DNA from: Tubulanus polymorphus
Taxonomy: Eukaryota; Animalia; Nemertea
Length of the DNA stretch: 64,000 nucleotides
Assembly: GCF_964204645.1 (NCBI RefSeq)
Contig: NC_134031.1
Coordinates: forward strand, 8,308,001-8,372,000
Direction of reading: 5' to 3'
Made by a program: the position numbers and the translations under genes. The notes beneath the pieces are model-generated. The model was not told the DNA's origin. It made no database searches and saw only the letters and a list, made by a program, of their open reading frames with translations. Below, in pieces: positions 59,901 through 64,000 of the stretch. Each line of letters starts with the position of its first letter. The first letter of the stretch is position 1.

Positions 59901-62900
59901 CCCATCTCACCCCTTCCCAATTGATCCTTTCCCATTTCGCCCCTTTCCCATTCTGACCCCCTTCCCATCTCGTTTCTTTTCCATTTCACCCCTGCCATCT
60001 TTTTCGGCCCTACTAACCCACTTGGGACTTTGTAACAGAGCTTGCTTCACTTTTCGTTCGTTCGTGCGTTCTTCCAGTTATTTTGGGAAGGTTTGAAGAC
60101 GCTTCAATAGATTATCTTGATCTTTAGTTTATACATGTATCTACCGTAGATACATCTTAAAGAAAGAATGCCCGGAAAGAATCAGGATGGCCCACTGGCA
60201 GCCATTGTTGTACGCCAAAATCAGCAATCATACATTTTCTAGGGAAATTTTGAAAACGCTTCAACCAGTTATTTTGATCTCTCCTCATGTTTGTATCTCC
60301 CATCCCCATGGTGCATCAGAACTGGCGTGCATGATACAAACGGCAACCATCTTAGTGTCATCAGTACGGAAGAGCCAAATTGGGAAAGGAGAAATGGGAA
60401 AGCGGCAAAATGGGAATAAAGGGCGAAATAGAAAGGGGGCCGGTTTTACAGACTGGTATTAACTTTAACCCGCGGCTATCTCAATTGAAATTGAATTGAG
60501 GTAAAGAACGGTTAAAGAAAGTACCAGCCTATAAAACTGGCCTCTGGAGTTTACTATCCACGCTCATTATTTTGTTCTATCATCTGTGGCAATTCGTGCT
60601 CCAACTATCGCATTGAACACCTAGTTTAAAATCGTAACCAAGAGATACCGTCTTCATTTTTTATTGTGACTTTCATTAGCATGATTAATACGCCGTATTA
60701 CAACACATATTGCATCCCTAGATTAAAGAAGACTTTTACGATACTAATAATTACTTTCAGGTTGACGCCATTATATACAGCCGTATGGATGATATATGTC
60801 ACATTCGACAACCATTTCGGTGATGGGCCACTGTACCCCGATTACTCTAGCCTTGAGGGCGCGCAGTGCCCATATTCCTCATTTTTGCTCCACCTTGCTT
60901 ACATCAATAACCTTATCAACAGTGGTGTAAGTAATTAGAAAAACCATTGCTCATAGCGTATATGCATCTTCGTGAGAAATGACTACTACGTACATGCATT
61001 GTCGGTTCACAACTTTCTTTTTCGTTTGCCAGTGTATGGGATGGACATGGTTTCTAGCCGTCGACATGCAATTACACCTGATTTCACCGTTATGTCTTTT
61101 GGCTTTTTTCTGGTAAGGCATCAATATAATGTATAATAAACACACGTAAAGGGACTTTAGTAATAGCGCGTCTATTCTCTCTTATTTTTTACCAGGCGCT
61201 ATGGAGCTGGGATCGCTGTTGCGTTGATGTTTTGTTTGGTCAATTTCGTATCCGTAGGAATACAATCTACACAGCTTAGATCCTCGCCGTCTTTCTCAGA
61301 TTTTAGGTAATTCATTCATTCAGCCACCATAATTCACTGAATTTAGACCAGGAATAGACGATGTCACGTCGCGTGTCTAATAGATGGCAAACTAGTCAAA
61401 CCTCCCTGCCTTTGTTCTAAAGGAATAGTAATATAAATGCCCGATAACTGATCGAGGATCTTTGTCCACTTTGTCTTAGACTGGTTACTGCTCTCCATCT
61501 CCAATAAGAATATTGAACGGACAGGCAACCAGTCTATGGCTGTCTCTCAGTTGCCTCGCGGGTGTCCTGTAGAAAGCAACCCTGATTTAATAAGTTATAG
61601 TTGATAAACTGAATTATGTAATTTGATGAATATTTTATAGAATGCAGCCATTGGATGGTTTTTGTGTTAGATAGGGCTTGTCGTATTCATAATTCAAAAT
61701 GGTAAAACGAAAAATTTTATACTTCTTGGATGACTGGTTCTTTGGCCTTTATGCATCAGTGATTTTCCATGAAAGTTTTATAGTATGAATCAAACATCCA
61801 ATGGTTTCATTCTAGAACAAATTGCTTAAGCGACATAACTTTTTTTAATCATATCAAATCAGAGATTTTCATTAAACACAACCTGTATGTTTCCAATGTG
61901 TCAAATAATGCCATTTCACTCATGATATAGGCCAAAGGGTGGCCACTCATATGGAATTCAGGGAAATCAGGGATAATGAGGGAATTTGATTTTCACCTAA
62001 AAGTCATGGAATAGTCAGGGAATTTTATGAAAATGTCAAAATCATGGAAAAGTCAGGGAAAAGTGTTTTTATGCACAGGACATTATAACAAAGCCCGGTG
62101 AAACGTTTGCCCATTCAGTCCATCAGGGGCCACATGCACCAGGGTACAAAGCTGTTGGTATATAACATATACATAGGCTAAACATTTGATAATATGCGTC
62201 AGGTTCTTTGATGTAAAGATGTTTAAAATAGAATAAAGGTGATTTTGTATTGTTCAACAATGCATGCCTTTTTCATCGCGGTCTAAAAATTCGAAAATAT
62301 GAAGTTACTTTGGTCATGGGATTTTGGTAAATGTTCAGGGAAAAGTCATTGAAAAGTCTGAGAAAAACTAAATCAGATAGAAGTGGCCACCCAGTAGCGG
62401 TATCATACGAAATATCTCGATGTTCGCGAGACCGAATCTGTTGTGATGTAACGTGCAAAACGTAAACCTGTTAACCTTCTCTAAAATAGAAAAACTGAAA
62501 CTTACAGAAATTTTCGTTTGTTTTATTTTTCAGTTATTTACATTTGATATACACCAAACCATGGAGCCACCTTTCTCCATTCATGATCGGTATAATGGTC
62601 GGTTACTTACTGTATAGGACTAGAGACATAAAGTGGAATATTCACTGGGTACGTTCAAGCAACCTAGCCTAAAAATATAATCGAAAAAAAGAATATTTCT
62701 TTGGGAAATTTTTCACTGACACCATGCAACTCTCTAGGAAATATCATTCTTAAATTGACCTTTATGCAAACAAAAATCTAAAAGAAAAAGGAACAGTTTA
62801 TATTTCTGACCTGTTATCAAAAGCTGCTTCCTTCCCTTTGATGCACTACATCGAAGCGACGTAAATAGGTATGTAACGAGAACGTCGTTAATTCTTTTCA

Positions 62901-63073
62901 GTTCCTGGTTTCAATCGGTTGGTTGTTTGCTGCTCTGCTTATGTTGATACCAGCTTTTAGTTTGTTCACCCCTTCGACGCAGCTCGAAAACTCAGTATAT
63001 TTGTCGCTCGCAGCGACGGCTTGGTGTCTAGGACTTGCTTGGGTCGTCTTTGCGTGTCATGTGGGATTTGGAG
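47931..63073 (+). CDS. Nose-resistant-to-fluoxetine-6-like protein (NRF domain + acyltransferase-3 multi-pass domain); at least 13 exons (47931-48183, 55051-55199, 55296-55380, 56335-56434, 56534-56760, 59026-59199, ~59452-59548, ~59645-59743, ~60761-60925, ~61033-61112, ~61196-61306, ~62534-62648, ~62902-63073); continues past the window
   Basis: Signal peptide; WSLSMFDASGKP, FGKYDQC, GTCLPRRCS, AFSAYSN, INCLHGIRFITMFWIILGH, SVDTFFFLSG, HRFWRLTP, CMGWTWFLAVDMQ, YTKPW and AWVVFACHVGFG; GT-AG junctions. Confidence 0.93.
48412..48552. mobile_element. Small palindromic MITE directly left of the Polinton-like element
   Basis: taatagtgaataagttgtttcag..agaggtagag ... ctctacctctgatatgaaacaacttattccctatta. 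Confidence 0.6.
48639..49607 (+). pseudogene. Minor capsid protein (penton, single jelly-roll)-like gene with frameshifts
   Basis: LYVDS...LKLVNISLCNSFYNIS...LRPGL(Y)NL...AKFLGI...FYIYCNLID...SILNILP...FKLEIRNHNGYLIDLNNFPVIYELVVR*, the motif order I recall for Polinton pentons. Confidence 0.7.
49980..50195 (+). CDS. Small viral ORF, 71 aa, hydrophobic
   Basis: Intact ORF with taaataaATG start context inside the viral block. Confidence 0.6.
   Translation: MSDNRWIITGLHNGVLLSVGTVGYTMIFKMGSINVDRFDINDILKLTLAVTLSNSTIDYLEKQKYIRPINA
50210..50584 (+). CDS. Viral ORF with N-terminal hydrophobic helix and coiled coil (C-terminus probably cut by a premature stop)
   Basis: MASAIITIIGSAIVNALAFTVGG...EQKRHNLALEK; taaataaATG context. 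Confidence 0.65.
   Translation: MASAIITIIGSAIVNALAFTVGGYSFKHIDKNGSLSEQKRHNLALEKYNKAAKEYREKRQNYMDYINQELYNQKILHTDFQSVDDALCLNNAATNKEKLHLYKPTISDYYAPSNELKKYKIIWI
50654..51075 (+). pseudogene. Viral transmembrane ORF, disrupted
   Basis: Two hydrophobic segments (ISGSVTIS; PLAISIGVLGLSSSVLTGVS); taaataaATG context; appears to continue in another frame. Confidence 0.5.
51099..51750 (+). pseudogene. Viral ORF with YWQNQLNFAV-x-CATTGCGISW motif, frameshifted and cut by an L2 insertion
   Basis: tattggcagaatcaattaaattttgctgtt...tgtgcaacaacaggatgtggtataagttgg at ~51335-51400; tataaATG start. Confidence 0.55.
51750..52155 (+). mobile_element. Short 5'-truncated L2-type LINE with (GTTATT)n tail inside the viral element
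   Basis: HRPSRCLRS...YGEKAFASAAPILWNNLP...FKSGVKTYLF; aataaa at ~52024 followed by ~20 GTTATT units. Confidence 0.85.
52156..54579 (-). pseudogene. Protein-primed family B DNA polymerase with N-terminal C2H2 fingers and endonuclease-VII-like module; broken by stops and frameshifts, C-terminus missing
   Basis: ORFs 54256-54579, 53872-54219 and 53521-53826 are one frame separated by single stops (EGSGLIF, GASSYIKLP, INVQNFDDKCFLW); then CYYC..KVRDHDH..RGAAHENCNL..PVIFHN, FIDSYRFL, DVLLLTDIFERFR, SPGLTWD, IRGGVS, YIDANNLYGWAM and VDLEYP. Confidence 0.92.
54615..54945 (-). CDS. Small viral protein starting in the right TIR (start codon apparently lost); function unknown
   Basis: NFIKRIKDTTNVKSVDYKFKKLTELPLHKKYSITNIETITKRYGNKLVIHLE...HLPDRF...FIYKG open throughout. 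Confidence 0.6.
55757..56020. mobile_element. MITE, family copy 2 (see 161-414)
   Basis: TA|gccgcgatcaca ... tgtgatcgcggc|TA. Confidence 0.75.
56770..57230 (+). mobile_element. HINE/DINE-like repeat copy
   Basis: gcccatttggggctttagtccaagcgggctattgcgttcacttttcgttcgtcgtccgtc plus shared core. Confidence 0.6.
57454..58311. mobile_element. IS3EU-like palindromic MITE built from gcgcaaaaac motifs, 6-bp TSD
   Basis: GTATTA|TATGGTGGCTGATTCGGGCCATG ... CATGGCCCGAATCAGCCACCATA|GTATTA. Confidence 0.88.
61936..62394. mobile_element. hAT-like MITE
   Basis: agggtggccact ... agtggccaccc with repeated subterminal tcagggaa motifs; related fragment at ~37774. Confidence 0.55.
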
Positions 63074-64000
63074 GTATTTTGCCTTAGCTTCTGCGTACAT
63101 TGTACTCAAAAGATCAATGTAATACAATTAGATAGAAGGCTACTCAGCGGCAGAGAACAGTGATTATTAGGACGTTCGTTAGACGAACGTCCTTATGTGA
63201 TCGGTTTGCCGATTGATGAAGTCACTTCCGATTTGGTCGTGAGGCGTTTTCAGTCGTTTTCAAGTCAGTTAGTTGGAATTTTCCTCGAATTATACTGTAG
63301 AAAGGGTGTCTTCAAGTTGGGATTGAATCTGGTTAAAATAGCGTAGTTTTTGCTGTGCCCTCTAGAAAAAATGCTATCCACGCCGTTCTCGTGACATCAC
63401 ACATCACGTGTTTCCAATGGCGTAGGTTATAGTGATTGTGTAGGCCTACAGTTCAAGCAAATGATCGTTGTGTCGTGGAAGTAACTTTAGAGTATCCGTA
63501 CAAAGTTTAAGGTGAGTGTCAACATATGGTGGCTTTACTGATTCCTCTTGAAGGCCCTCAACACATTGAAAAAGGCGTTCAACACATTGAAAATTATCGC
63601 TATGTTATGTTCAACGCACATTCACACGCTTTAACATAGTCTACGTGACGTAGCCGCCATTAATCAGAAGCCATCTTTCCACTTTAAAAGTCATGAAGTA
63701 AATATCATAACTAATAGTTATCTGATATACACCAATAAAACTTTAAGAAAAGGGATTCAGCATCGGACATTGTGTCAAGATATCCGAGTTGGTATTTTAG
63801 TCGGACAAATTTATATTAAAAGCCATTTGAATGACAGGTGCAGGTGGGCGTCTCCAATATGCCGAGACGTAAACAATTATAACCACATGCGCAATACAAA
63901 CATGACAAATTCATGACAAATTCAATTCAAAAATTTTTTGAGCACCAAAACGTTTTTGGAATAGGCATATTTCAACAGGTTTCTAACAAAGAGTAACAAA

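Overview
AT-rich, intron-containing animal (probably marine invertebrate) genomic DNA. Five spliced host genes can be reconstructed by hand from GT-AG junctions and reading frames: BRAT1-like (-, 5' exons), AGTRAP (-, complete), AURKAIP1/mS38 (+, complete), a GPI-anchored Ly6/three-finger protein (+, complete) and an NRF-6-like acyltransferase (+, runs off the window end). Introns and intergenic DNA are packed with nested mobile elements: a BEL/Pao LTR remnant, two L2-type LINE fragments, a young RTE-X-like LINE with intact ORF2, IS3EU-like, P-like, Sola-like, hAT-like and Tc1/mariner-like non-autonomous elements, Helentron-type repeats, and a Penelope-like insert with a hammerhead ribozyme. 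The most striking object is a ~6.4 kb decayed Polinton/Maverick-like endogenous virus in intron 1 of the NRF-6 gene. Its terminal inverted repeats encode one N-terminus shared by two different proteins, and its centre is replaced by an L2 fragment. All family assignments come from motif recognition by eye; no database searches were run.
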